A stretch of 53,690 nucleotides of DNA, filler included, from Sluysia triapertura (Eukaryota): assembly GCA_046118255.1 (NCBI GenBank). It is 4 parts of 4 records of this genome, joined end to end, with 100 filler letters (N's around TTAATTAATTAA, not from the genome) between each part and the next. Parts side by side here need not be neighbours in the genome. Positions count along the whole stretch, not along the records: positions 18,035 to 30,107 come from JBJNIA010142057.1; positions 30,208 to 41,647 come from JBJNIA010184735.1; 2 more parts are not named here. One strand, written 5' to 3'. Positions within the stretch are counted from its first letter, which is position 1. The number at the start of each line of letters is the position of its first letter. The position numbers and the translations under genes are program-made. This document shows positions 27,061-39,740 of this stretch, piece by piece. The notes under the pieces are model-generated. The model made no database searches. It had not been told where the DNA came from and saw nothing but the letters and a program-made list of their open reading frames with translations.

Positions 27061-30018
27061 TTATTTTTAAATTATTATGAAAATCTTTAATTATTCAATT
27101 TATTGTGTTCAAGACATAAACTAAGTAAAGTTAGAGATTTTGTTTATGCTTTAAACGTTTTATTTGTTTTGTATCTTGATAAAATGATTGTTATTTTCCT
27201 AAATTAAATGTTAATGAAATTTTGTTTTTTACAATGTGGAATATACGATTCTTTATTTACTTATTCAAAAGGAAAAATGTAATTAACTTTGTAAACTTAC
27301 TAAATTAGAAATTAAATGATATTAAACATTTTTTTAAAATCTAATGTCAAAATTTAAGCGTTTTGTAAATCTGTTCAAGCTCTAATGATTTTGTTTAATG
27401 ATAATTTAATGGACTCGTTCATTATTACAGGAAAGTTCACCATATGTACTTTTAATAATATGTAAACTGAATAGCGTAACGAACATAACTCAAAATCTTT
27501 ATTATTATTAGTATTATTATATTTGTAGTTAACATTCATTTTGTATAGATAATTTTTTAAAAGTTTGTTTTATGTAGATAATACATCTTGGCATATTGTA
27601 TTATTTAATTACTTATAAGTTAATTGTTGGAAATAAATTAAAATTTTAATAGGTATATCAGACCGTAACTGACTGATTTAATTTCTAAAATTTTTATTCG
27701 ATTTGTCAGACCTTAAAAAAAGGGTGAATCAACATTTAAAATCTTAACGCATTTGTCAGACCGTAACAGGCTGACATAACGTTTTGATAAATTTATAAGT
27801 TGGTGAAACATCTATTTTGCATAGAGTTTAATTCATATATATCGTTTTATTCATATTCAGTAACAAACTAATAAAGCATCATTTCAATTTATACGATTTT
27901 ATAGCACCTGTTTATCACATAACGATTACATTGAGTTCCTGTAAGTAAGTCTCATAACTCCGTTGAAATTTATTATTAAAATTCTAATTAGGACGTCTTT
28001 GTCCAGATTTAAATCGTGTCTAATTAGGCGAACTAACCTCCGGAGGCATTTTGTAAGGATAAGTCAATCTTTTCTTAGATAAAATACTTGGAAATATATT
28101 TTAGTTATATACATATTCAACATTCTTAAATCATTACAATCAATGTAAACCCATAAAAATATCGTAGAATGTCTTACATTCGTGGAATGTTTTTAATATT
28201 CGTGAGAACCTTACTTAAAACTGCGGTGAAAATCAAACTTTCAGTTCCATGTAAATAGAAGTTAAATTATTTTAAAGTTTTCACTATAGATCCAACCTAA
28301 ATCTCACTACAATTTTATATTTTTAATTATAATAATGCTAAATTAAATTATTATCTATTGTTTCCAAAAAATCATCAAATTACATTCTGATCTTAATGAA
28401 AAAGATGATGAAATTGACAACATTCAAAGTTTGAAATCAAAGTTTTATTTTGTGTTACATTTATAAAAGTTTCTAGATGTTATATTGTTTTTGTTCATGT
28501 GTTAGGGCCCACGCCTAACTACATAAATGCACCATTTATTTGAAATGTGGTAAATAATCGTAAGACAAGCAGATCTTAATTATTATGTATTATATTAAGT
28601 ATTAAATTTTTTGAATAAAAATTTAAGAGCTTTAAGTTCACTTTGAATTTTGTTAATTTAATTAAAGACTTTATTCAATAAAATAATTATTTTATTAAAT
28701 GTAAAAGCCTTAATTTGAATTTTAAAAATAACACCATCGGTAAATTACCATATTTAGTACAAGGAGAACGTATTCAATGAGTTTTCTACTTTATATTTTC
28801 CTTAACAATAAAGTTGTAAAGCTTCTACTATTGTATTTTCTTATACATTTCTGTCTTTAATAGGTTTATTTTGGAAAATTAAATTGCAAAAGTTGTTAAA
28901 AGTTTTATTAACATTTAATTTGTCGTAAATTAAGAATTAGTTTATCTTTATTGTACCAAAAATAATAAGTTAATATCATGATAAAATAGTATTTTATGAT
29001 ACTATTATTAATGACAAGCAATGATTTTTGATGTTCACATTTTGTTATCGTTGACAAAGGAAAATTAAATAAGGTTTGTACATCACCACTTAATTGTATA
29101 ATTGAAACACCTCAGAGTTTAATAGTATATTTTCTGTTAGATTGACTGTATTTACCACATTAATTATGTAGATCAAGTGGATGCTCATTTAAGATATACA
29201 CATTCATTTGACTACAATTTTAAAATTAATTTTCTCATGTAAATGACGCTTAACAGATACATTTGTCTGATCACTGAGTTATTTATTTTCATTATAGTCA
29301 AGGATTATGCAATTGTTTAATTGGCGCATTTCAAGCCTATTCCTCAACAATGCACATAAGTACACATATTACCACGACCGTTGTTAGTTTTTATTTTTTT
29401 AAAAATACTATAAAATTGTATTGTTTTTATCATTTTATAATGACTTTTAATTTTATGTACAAACAAATAAAGTTACATTATTAAAAAATTATATAATAAT
29501 AAATCTGATGTATACACAATATATCCTTTACATACCAAGACTGGTCATTTATTACACTTTTACATGCCAGAGGCACATATGAAGCCAACAACAATAAAGT
29601 TACTACAATAAAGTTAATTTGTTAATATGTCCTTACTACAGTAAATTTATATAGAATTAATAAAAAATGAGGTATTTTCAAGTATCGGTCAAATGACCGG
29701 TGATGGTTTGAATACACCAAACTTTGGTACATTTAGTGTTAAATCAAATATAGATAAAATAATTAGAAATATTTTAAAAACGAATATATTTTATGTGTAA
29801 CGCATTAACCCATGACTCACGCGGCAATTCAAAAGTACAAAGAAAATTAAATTAAGTGTTATTAACTTCAATCTGAAGTTTAGAAAATGGCGAGGATTTT
29901 TAATACTTTCGCCGAGCATCTGATATGATTTCATCATTTTAACGGCAATATTTTATTTATAAATTGTAGTTAATAAAAGAAAAAAATTTGAAAATGTGTC
30001 CAAAAAATGGACATTGGC

Positions 30019-30084
<66 letters not shown>

Positions 30085-30107
30085 TATTATTACTACTACT
30101 ACTATTA

Positions 30108-30207
30108 NNNNNNNNNNNNNNNNNNNNNNNNNNNNNNNNNNNNNNNNNNNNTTAATTAATTAANNNNNNNNNNNNNNNNNNNNNNNNNNNNNNNNNNNNN
30201 NNNNNNN
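30108..30207. other. Artificial contig-joining spacer
   Basis: N44-TTAATTAATTAA-N44. Confidence 0.97.
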
Positions 30208-31299
30208 CGTTCCACGATTACTTGATTTATTATTTTAATTATTCTAATAATAATCACTAACAAAAGCATAAAAGAAAGAATAATATAAATGAGTAATGTC
30301 GTTTAAAATTATTTTTAAATAATAGATAAATATAATAACATTTAATAAAATTTTGCAAAATAAAATTTTATAAAATAATTTGTGCTTATTTAGAACTCCG
30401 AAGCTTCTATAAGTATTATAAATACTAATGCACTTATAAATGGAAGTCTAATGACAAGATTATTATTGTATTAATCATAATTTAGATTTAAAAACGATAT
30501 TTCGATTACTAAGTATAACTAGAAAAATACAATAAAATTTAGGAACTAAATTCTGCAAGTATTAGAATAAATAGTAAATTCAAATGTATTTTTAAAAGTT
30601 TAAATAATCAAAGAAACTTAAGTTGAAATAAAAGATGAAGAATTCCGGAAGTTTATTGTGAATTTTTAATAAATATTTCTTTCAGTATTCTTGTTTTTTA
30701 ATGTTATGTGACATAATTTTAGATTTATTTATTTATATTATATTAATATAATATAATAATAATAATGCATATATATAATAAATTGTTTTATTTATTAATT
30801 ATTTATTATGATGACTCGGAGAAAATTTAAGTTTTACTTTCGATTATGTTTTAAATTTTAATAAAGTTGTTATCTTTTATTTTTATACTACGACGACTTG
30901 TGTTGTTGGTAATATTATGAACTTTTAACTTTAAATTTTGATAGATAATTTTCTACATAGTATGAATTCTATTAAACTGTATATAAATTTACTTTTTAGC
31001 AATGAATATCTTTAGTAAGAAAAACATCTTATTAAAACCATTCAACATTAAAAATTTAATAAAATAAATGAAGTTTAATATATTAAAATATACTTTTATA
31101 TAAGTTTTACAACATCCTAAACATTTTGGAATATCATAGTTTATATATACCAAAGGAAAAAATAATAGAAGACGTAGATACAATAAGGAAGATTAGAAAA
31201 ACATACTTTGTGTGAGCCAGTGATCACCTTATATTCATATTACTTAGTTTCAGTTGATCAACTAGAACTCATATTGATTCATTAAACAGTTTTGATGTA

Positions 31300-32990
31300 A
31301 CAGATGTTCTAGCTCATTTGTCCAAAACCTCACTTCTGAAATCATTGTTGAGAAACTCATCATCAACATCGATCATCGGTGCAAAACAGATATAAGAATG
31401 TAAAACTCCTGATACAAGTAAACAAATAGTTGTAACACAGCGAAATGAGTTGATTGCCGTAATCGATCTGAAACTGAATTGACGTTAGCATCATTATTCA
31501 TCAACCACTTTATGAGATCCCTACATACTAAGGACTTATATTCAACATACATAATTGTAGTGCATTTATTCAAAATTCCAGGATTAGTCTTCAATAACGT
31601 GCTTATTTGTAATAACAGTAGTAGTAGTAGAAGAAGTAGTACTTATATTAGTAGTAGCTATATCAGTAATATCTGTTAAGGATGAAATGTCATTGTTACT
31701 ATTGATGTTAATACGGTTATTTCTATTCTGATCTGTGGACTCGGAAGTAGATGGATTTGATGATGGTGTCAATGTCTCATCTTTTGTATCTAGAGCATAA
31801 TCTCGATACATGTGGGTCTGACGATGAGTAGAATTCATAAGCTCTAGTTTTTGAAATTATCTAAAAACAGTTCACATAAAGATTCAGACACAGTTTTAAT
31901 AATTCATCTAAATCATACGCTGAATGATTAATTGTAGGTCATCGTCATTGCTTAGAATATTTGTGTTCGTAATAACTTCTTCATGTCTCCTTCATTTCCT
32001 TCATTGATATAGTTTTAGAGTTACGAGCTTCAATTTCTCTGACCACTTCCAATACTTCATCAACAGATGATTCATCTTGCCGATAAGATAGTTTAATCCT
32101 CTTAATTTATCATGTTCCACCTTTTCAACTTTCATCATATCAGTCATATTATCTTCGATTACTGCCATATTTACTAATGAACAGCTATCCATATTGGAAT
32201 TTTTACTGCTTTCAAGAACTATATTTGGTATTCCAACTTCAACTTCTTCAATACTATCATGCGTATTAAGTATCAGTGTACCACCATGTCCACTGTTACT
32301 ATTAAATTTATTTATCTTTTTCGCATGCTTAGTAAGTTTTGTGCGATCATGATCTGTAGATCCAGAATTCTTTTTAGACATTTTTTTCGAATGTTTAATG
32401 GTAAAATTCGGTAGACTTTTGTAGGACTTGCTGGTGGTGTTTTTTCTATTGATTTCCATCTGTTTATCGCAAAATCATCACATAGTGAATAGGGAATGTC
32501 AGATAATTTAGAAACCAAGCTCGAATTAACAACTGGTGGCATTTTAAAATTTTGAAATTTATTGACAGGAGTTTCTACACTTCTTAAAAGTTTAATACTT
32601 GTAAAAATAGTGTTTTCCTAAATTAAATGAACGAGTCTGTATAAAAAATATTTCATTTTCTTGATTGTCAAAAATTTATCTGTTTCATTACATCATCATT
32701 GGAATACTTGATTTATTTCGATAAATCCATCGAAGACTGATTAGTTAATTGAGAATTTCTTTTCGTTGTTTAACTTGCTCATTTGGACTATTAAAGGCTT
32801 CACATCTTTGAACATGATCTCAAAGAATAGTAGTAACTGGTACTATTAACACTGATGTTATTTGAAATTGACTTCCAGAAATTGGCAATGATTATGATGA
32901 TGTATCATTGTCATGATGTATCATTATGATGATGCATTGTCGTTTTGAAACGTGCTTTTGACAGAAAATGGATTATGAATTAAAATTCAC
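31300..32990 (-). pseudogene. Frameshifted intronless coding remnant, tentatively DEPDC5/IML1 (GATOR1)-like
   Basis: Overlapping broken ORFs carry collinear short motifs reminiscent of DEPDC5: LIHNPFS, LPISGSQFQI, RWKSIEKTPP, HDKLRGLNYL...SEKLK, and a DEP-like RDLIKWLMNNDANV...LYQEFYIL. Similarity is weak and from memory. Confidence 0.4.
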
Positions 32991-33354
32991 GAGCTAGAAA
33001 AGTACCTTTAATTTTTATTAAACAAAATCTTTGTCATCAAGGTGGTAATAACTGAAACTAAATTCAAAAGATATTTTTCCGTATCTACCTTCATGTAACT
33101 ACCTTCAATTTCTGCAATGACTAACAGTAAGTCAAAGTTGGATAATTGATATACCAAAAAATAACTAATGACGAATATGACATGATTACACGATGTTATA
33201 TTTGAAATTAGATGTTTACTTACTAGCTGACTTTTTCGAACAATATTGATTAAGCCTAATTAAGTTAGGCTTCGGTCTTAAAATTTTAGAGGCACAAATT
33301 ACTTCAAGACCCAGAAGCGTTCATTTTTTTGACACAAAGATTAGAATGGAATGA

Positions 33355-33403
<49 letters not shown>

Positions 33404-34589
33404 GATCGTATCAATAACTTATAAGGGTAGATGTGTAAAATAACTTTGAATTGATTGAATTACTGAATAATTAACTTGTAACTTGTCGCAAGCATGGGTG
33501 TAGTATAAGAATTTGGAAAAATATTGTCGGCAATTTCATTTTGATGTTAAAATAATGCGGTTAGTGATACTGACGCGCTTTTACTAAATGTTAAAATATT
33601 GATCAAAATAAACCTATTTAAAAATGAATATCGATAATATTATCTTAGAATTCGTGTCATAAGTTCACAATAAGAAAATAAAATCATACAAAAGTATGTC
33701 CTCAAAAATACATGAATACGCACAAATAACTAATAAAATAAACCTGTGAACTTCTTTAAACTGGATGGAAGAGACGTGGTAAACTACATTATTAATATTA
33801 ATGTTGATAATTTTATTTTTTATTGCTATTGTTGTTGCTTTTATTGTGAAAAAATAATTTAAATAATCAATATTATTGTTATTTGGACACCATGGAATTG
33901 GGTTTGTATTAAAAAAGCTTACTCTCTTCTCTTTGGTAATATATAATGTTGATACGTATAATAATGGTAATTTTAATTTATTATTTACATCGCTCAGTCG
34001 ATCTATTCGTAAAAACGATAAATAAATTTTTACTTTTTATAAGATCGACACTACTGCTTTAAATTGATATTCGACGGATATTATTAAACATTTTATTAGA
34101 GAAAATCATTAAGTATATTCTACCAATTATAAATGCTTGTTGGGTCTATAACGACATTTATAATTGTCACAACGAATTCATTATAAGCGTATAAATCATT
34201 ACAAATAATATCCATTATTTATCATATAAATTATTTCCAGAAAATTGCATACTTGAATGCATACATTTTTCTACACAAGATAAAAGTTGTATCATCGAAT
34301 GACACTTGGGAAAGTAATGAAAGTGTAACTGCTACGCTACGAAAAATTGGGTAGAAAAAAAATCAAATTGCTATTTTCTACATATAGAGAAATTTACTGT
34401 TTGATGTTTGCTGTCCATTTTTCGATGAAGCCGTGAAAGAATAACGTTATTTTGCCATCATTCCAGAACTAAAATTTATCAACAATTTTAGATAAAAACA
34501 ATGATTAGTATGTGTCACTTATACATTACTATTTATTATTTATAAATTACTTATTAATTTACATAAAGTACTCATTTACTTACAAAATT

Positions 34590-34750
34590 TCAGACAGAAA
34601 ACAATAATTATTGTGTTATTACTTATAAATTATTTATTATTATTGAAAAATTGTATACAAAACAATAATTATTACGTTTTATTACTTGTAAATTATTTAG
34701 TATTATTATTTCAGACAAAGAACAATAATTACTGTGTATTATTATTAGTT
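34590..34750. repeat. Degenerate ~60-bp minisatellite (about 3 units)
   Basis: Recurring AACAATAATTA.TGTG.TATTACTT.TAAATTATTTA and TTCAGACA units. Confidence 0.65.
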
Positions 34751-35293
34751 ACTTACTACTAAATGTTACATTGTAGATTATTATTACTAATTTTATTATT
34801 CCTACATATAGAATTTAATAAATAATCGTCATATAAAAATAGTATAAATAGACAATCTGATTTTTCAACCCACACAATTTTTTCACAATTTTTAAAATAA
34901 AGTTGACAGAGTATTTAACAAATCTGATATAGAATTTGATTTTGAATAGTACAAATTATTCGTTCGAGTATTCTGGATCAAACATTGAACGTAACGGTAA
35001 TTATTATTGATTTTTTGTCTGAAAAATTAAAATATTATATTTTATTAACATTAAAATTTACTATAGTTAAACTGTTTTCCACTTTATATTTTGTTATGAA
35101 GTGTTTAAATATTTGTTGATTTATTAATAATGTGTTAAGTAGAAAGAGTGAACCTCAAAGATAAGATAAAGATAAAACATAATAGAATAAAATAAAATAA
35201 AGTGAAACAAAATAATATTTATTCATATAACGATCAAAGTCAAAGTCGAGTATCCTCGCAAATAAAACAAATTAAAATAAAACAAAAAACTTA

Positions 35294-35570
35294 CTTGCGT
35301 TTCCATTCCTGGTCATCGGAACGAGTATCAGAACTTAAACTTCTAGATAGAATAAGCAAGCATTAACTGAATATTAAAACGATAAAGAGTTTAAGTTGCT
35401 GCTGACTAACAATTTACAAAAGTGAAGATATTTAAAGCATTGTTGAGAACTAAAGTGCGTAGTGGTTATTATAAAGTAACTTAAAGATATTTAGACATAT
35501 TAAGGTTTCACAGAATTTGTATAGAAAGCTTAATTGTTTAATTTATTAATTTGACATAAGTATTCAGAAT
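35294..35570. repeat. Dispersed repeat, copy 2 (homologous to 25079-25310)
   Basis: Same blocks as copy 1, with an extra internal segment around 35410-35475. Confidence 0.85.
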
Positions 35571-35719
35571 CGTTTGAAGAAATTTAATTACTGAATTTTA
35601 TTACATAAATATACATAAATTCAACATTATAAATATGAAAACAGAAATATACATAATCGATAAAAGACATAATAGTTATTAGGAATTATAACATTTAATA
35701 TTACGAAATAATTACTCAC

Positions 35720-35906
35720 CTATTACATTATCATTTACTCCTACCACTATAGCATCATCGACTTCTTCTACATTTCTGCAAAGAAATTCCAGATGATTAG
35801 CATTGATTTTAACTGTTGCAACCTTCAATATATTATTTGCTCTTCCAGTAAGACGAATTAGACCTGTATTCGTTTTATAACCAAAATCTTGAGTATCATA
35901 ATATCC
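35720..35906 (-). CDS. Internal exon of an AMP-binding (ANL superfamily) acyl-CoA synthetase-like enzyme
   Basis: ttacAG|GYYDTQDFGYKTNTGLIRLTGRANNILKVATVKINANHLEFLCRNVEEVDDAIVVGVNDNVIG|GTGAGT. It contains the Y.TGD-like A7 and GR..D.IK-like A8 motifs and A.VVGV.D...G, with an intact frame and strong splice sites. Confidence 0.85.
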
Positions 35907-38900
35907 CTGTAAATTAATTTTTTAACTGTTGACTTATTTCGAAACAAAATTAAAATTAATTTGAGAAGTTATACATTTTGATTTATGAAGTATTGAAATG
36001 TTTGAATAAAAAACTTTTTAAAATACAAAAAGTAAAATTGATCAAATAAATAGTAGAATTTTAAAAACTTAAGTTATAGTGGCAATACTCTTTAAATGTA
36101 TTTATTATTATTTTGGATTTAATATGTTTTATATAACTGTAAATAATGTAAGTATACTGAAAGAAATTTTTGTTAATAATAAAAATTGTTGATTTAATAA
36201 AAGATTTAATAAAAAATTTGTATAAAAAATTGTTAATTAAAATATATTATTGTGAATAATATTAATTAATTTTAAATTAAGATTACAGTTCGAAATATAA
36301 TAAAAGGAAATCAAAAAATTAAATATTCACGTTACTTGATGAGAGTTAAAAAATTGTTTATTTATTTGGTGGTCAAAGATTAAAATCATGAAATGTTTAT
36401 TTTCTATTGTAATTAGTTAAAATGTAATATAAATAAATATTGGCATTATTCATTGAAAAGTGGAAGAAATAAATCATTTATATCTCATTGGCGAAAAGGA
36501 TAGTATATAAATCTCGACATTGTAACAAACGAGACACAACAATCATACCTTAAATACGCACAAGGATTATTCTTCGTGAGCTTTCAAGTAATTCAGTATA
36601 GATTCTTTTGAAATTGGCAACACGTTATTCGAGTGGGCAATATTTAACTATTTTTTATCACCACCAGATTGATTGGTAAAAGTTCTTCGGTGAAATCGCC
36701 AGTGATTTGCAACTCTAAGATACCAAAAACCATTCGTCTTTTGAAGAATTATTACATCTGAAGATCAATGAATAAGTATGATATTTCTTTTAAGATCTTG
36801 GCATAGATACTTTGCCTTAAAATCCACATAAAATAACCATTTTTCGAAACTCAAGCATTAGCTTGAGTCAAAATCCTAATTAAAATACCAATTTTATTTT
36901 ATCCAGGAGAAATCCTGAGTTTACTATATTTGTTTATATATTTTTATCATTCGTCATATATATTTTATCCTCATATTTTTGTTGCAAGAATTAATAATCA
37001 TTGTTTAGTCTTTACGTTTTAAATTTGAATTTAGTAATAGTAACTTTTGTAATTAATTTTAGATTTACTAGTTGTTAAATACTTTATAAAGTCGTTTTAA
37101 AATTAAAATTTCTAAAGAAGTAATTTATAAAAGAATAAATGTATCTAAAAGTAGCTAGGGTATTAAAATAATTTGACTAGATTAACCATTAAGAAGTTAT
37201 TAAGAAATTATTACAAGTATTGCGTCCAAGTCATAAGGAATTCGTTGTGTAGTATCTTTTACCGCAAAAAATCCTGTGAGTACGTCTTTTGCGCAATATA
37301 AAACTTAGTTTTGCTAATTTTTATATTTGTTTCAAGCTTAGAAAAGTTGAACAATAGTTTTTTGTTCTTGTATTTTGTTGAAAAATTTATATGATAATCG
37401 TGAATAAAAGTTAATATTTTTCTTAGTGTTGTGTCACCTCTGGTTCCTTTTGATAGATTGTTATATCCTTGAGACTCTTATAAACGTTATTGTTAATCTC
37501 GTTATTTTAATAATTTTTAGTACTTCTTAATAGAGATTTATAATAATACTAATTTGTAACTGATTTTTATTTAACCAGTAAATTGTTGCATTGTTGTTAT
37601 TGATTTGATTTCCAAAAGCTTAATTTTGGGGTGAATAATTATTGATATTAAATAAGAGAATTATTGAAAATTTGTATGTGATCTAGTCAATACTTAAATA
37701 ATTGAGAATATTTGAACCCTAATTAAATTAATATTTATTTTAAATAATTTTATAATTTTCAAAGACGCAACATTCCGACAAACCCTAATTATATATTGTT
37801 TAGTTACTTTAATTGAAGTTAATTGATGATATTAGAAGTTTTATTAATAAATTTTGAAGGAATAATTAAGAATAAACCGTTCTGTGGCGTATTTTGACAT
37901 CCGATAGTTTGGACAATTACCTCATACTCACACCTTCAGTTTATTCAAATAATGCAGCGCTGTCTTCATTAAGGATATAAATCATCGAATTGAGTCGAAC
38001 CCAAAAGTAAAGAGTTATATTTGATGCAATATAAAGTATACGTGCATTTATTAATTGATTTAATTAAAATTGTTTGAAAATACACAATCAATTTGCGTAT
38101 AACCTGGAATCACATATGAAATTTATCAGTGTCACGAACACCGTGATAGTGCGATACATCAGTTTTAATTAATTTTAAGTTAAATTTCTATGTATTATAA
38201 TGAGCGTACGCAGGATGAGTATATATCAAATTAATGCTAATTAAGAAATCATTCCATAAATATTATTGAAATTGACGAGTGAAATAGCGTTAATGTGTTG
38301 TACGCTGCATCAAAAGTAATTTTTGAAAATAAGCTTTATATTTGATAAAATTTATATTCAATTTAAGTTGAGGTAGTGTTGTATCAATAAGTATAAGCAA
38401 TTATCTAAATGCCATATTTTGCTATCATTTAAAACTTTTGCTCTAAGATTGATTAAATAAAATAGTCTATAGTCTTTAATAATCGAATTAAATTTAATTT
38501 TAACTAACTTATTCTTGGTTATTTAAGACAAGTTATTTTATATTTGAGTACTAAATTTTATAAACCCTTGAAATTAAGTATTAAAGTTGATTTATATTTT
38601 ATTGAATTATATTGAATAACTTTACTTGATTTGTATTGTAATATAGTTAGAATATAATTCGATTCGCACTCAATTAAGTGTACTGCATAATTATTAATTT
38701 AAAAAAACACACAGACTGAATTACTGATTTTGATGTGCTTAGACACATCAAGCCATACTGCAATCAACCACGAAATGTACCGAAAAAATGATTGGAATAT
38801 CATTTCTCATGTAAAATTGTCATTCTTAGTCGACACAAAAATTTCACATGTAATTAGAAAATTTAGACATTTCCATATGTATAAAATTAAAATATGTTGC

Positions 38901-39252
38901 ATTAAAAGTTAAAACCGTTTTCCGTTACATTTTTCAATTATTATGAAATATTGATTTCACCAAAATTTATTTATTGTACCACTTATTAAAATATTTTTAA
39001 AAAATTAAAAACAAGACTAAATATAAAAATACCTTAAAAAAGTACGTTGTTTTTGAATATTAGATGAATTGTACAATATTTTATTTCTAAAATAAAAAAC
39101 ATATTTAATGCAAAATATCCCCATACAATTTTATTATTAAATGTTATTTAAATTTTAAAAAAATATAATTCATTATTTTATTAAATTTTCTGTAAGAAAC
39201 TTTGAATTTGTGCTACTAATTTAAAAATATCAAGACTTATCAAAATTTAAAT

Positions 39253-39301
<49 letters not shown>

Positions 39302-39353
39302 TTAATAATAAAGATAAGATGACTAAAAACACTCAAATCACTTAAGTTGATTA

Positions 39354-39557
39354 TCACTTATACTCCTCCATGAATTTCATATGGTAATCAGCAATCTTTT
39401 TAGCAACCATTTCTATTTGTTCTACTGGTGGTAAAATGGTTATACGAAAATGATAAGTTCCTTCTTCTTGTCCAAATCCACTACCAGGAATCACACAGAC
39501 ACCAGTTTCTTCTAAAAGATTCCAGCAATAAAAGAAATCTGGTTTTTGGTTTTTATT
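39354..39557 (-). CDS. GPT: Alanine aminotransferase, last coding exon
   Basis: ttcAG|[44 protein letters not shown]...[10 protein letters not shown], the diagnostic ALT C-terminus. Confidence 0.93.
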   Translation of the reverse strand, partial: NKNQKPDFFYCWNLLEETGVCVIPGSGFGQEEGTYHFRITILPPVEQIEMVAKKIADYHMKFMEEYK

Positions 39558-39610
39558 CTGAATTATAATTCTAGAATCAAATTCAAATGATATTGTTAGA
39601 CTTCTTAAAA

Positions 39611-39740
39611 TGGACTGACCGGGGATCGAACCCGGAACCATCGATTGCTCTACCACTGAGATATCAGCCCCGTCTAACGATTTTATTTTATTATAGTCAA
39701 TTTTACCAAATGGTACTTTAGGCCTTTTTACCCCAACAAT
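39611..39740 (-). mobile_element. tRNA-derived repeat (SINE-like), copy 2; tRNA-like core at 39611-39670 lacks an anticodon arm
   Basis: GGGCTGA-TATCTCAGTGGTAGAGCA-ATCGATGGTT-CCGGGTTCGATCCCCGG-TCAGTCC-A: 7-bp acceptor stem, D arm and perfect T arm, but no anticodon stem-loop. Confidence 0.8.

Noticed and set aside
36540-36900. Higher-complexity block as upstream acyl-CoA synthetase exons
   Set aside because: Stops in the frames examined and no AMP-binding motifs; probably a decayed transposon.
39354-39656. 100-aa ORF as a complete ALT-like protein
   Set aside because: The N-terminal third is intron plus tRNA-derived repeat; the true exon starts at the AG acceptor at 39557.
39611-39670. Functional tRNA gene
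   Set aside because: No anticodon stem-loop, and part of a repeat family.
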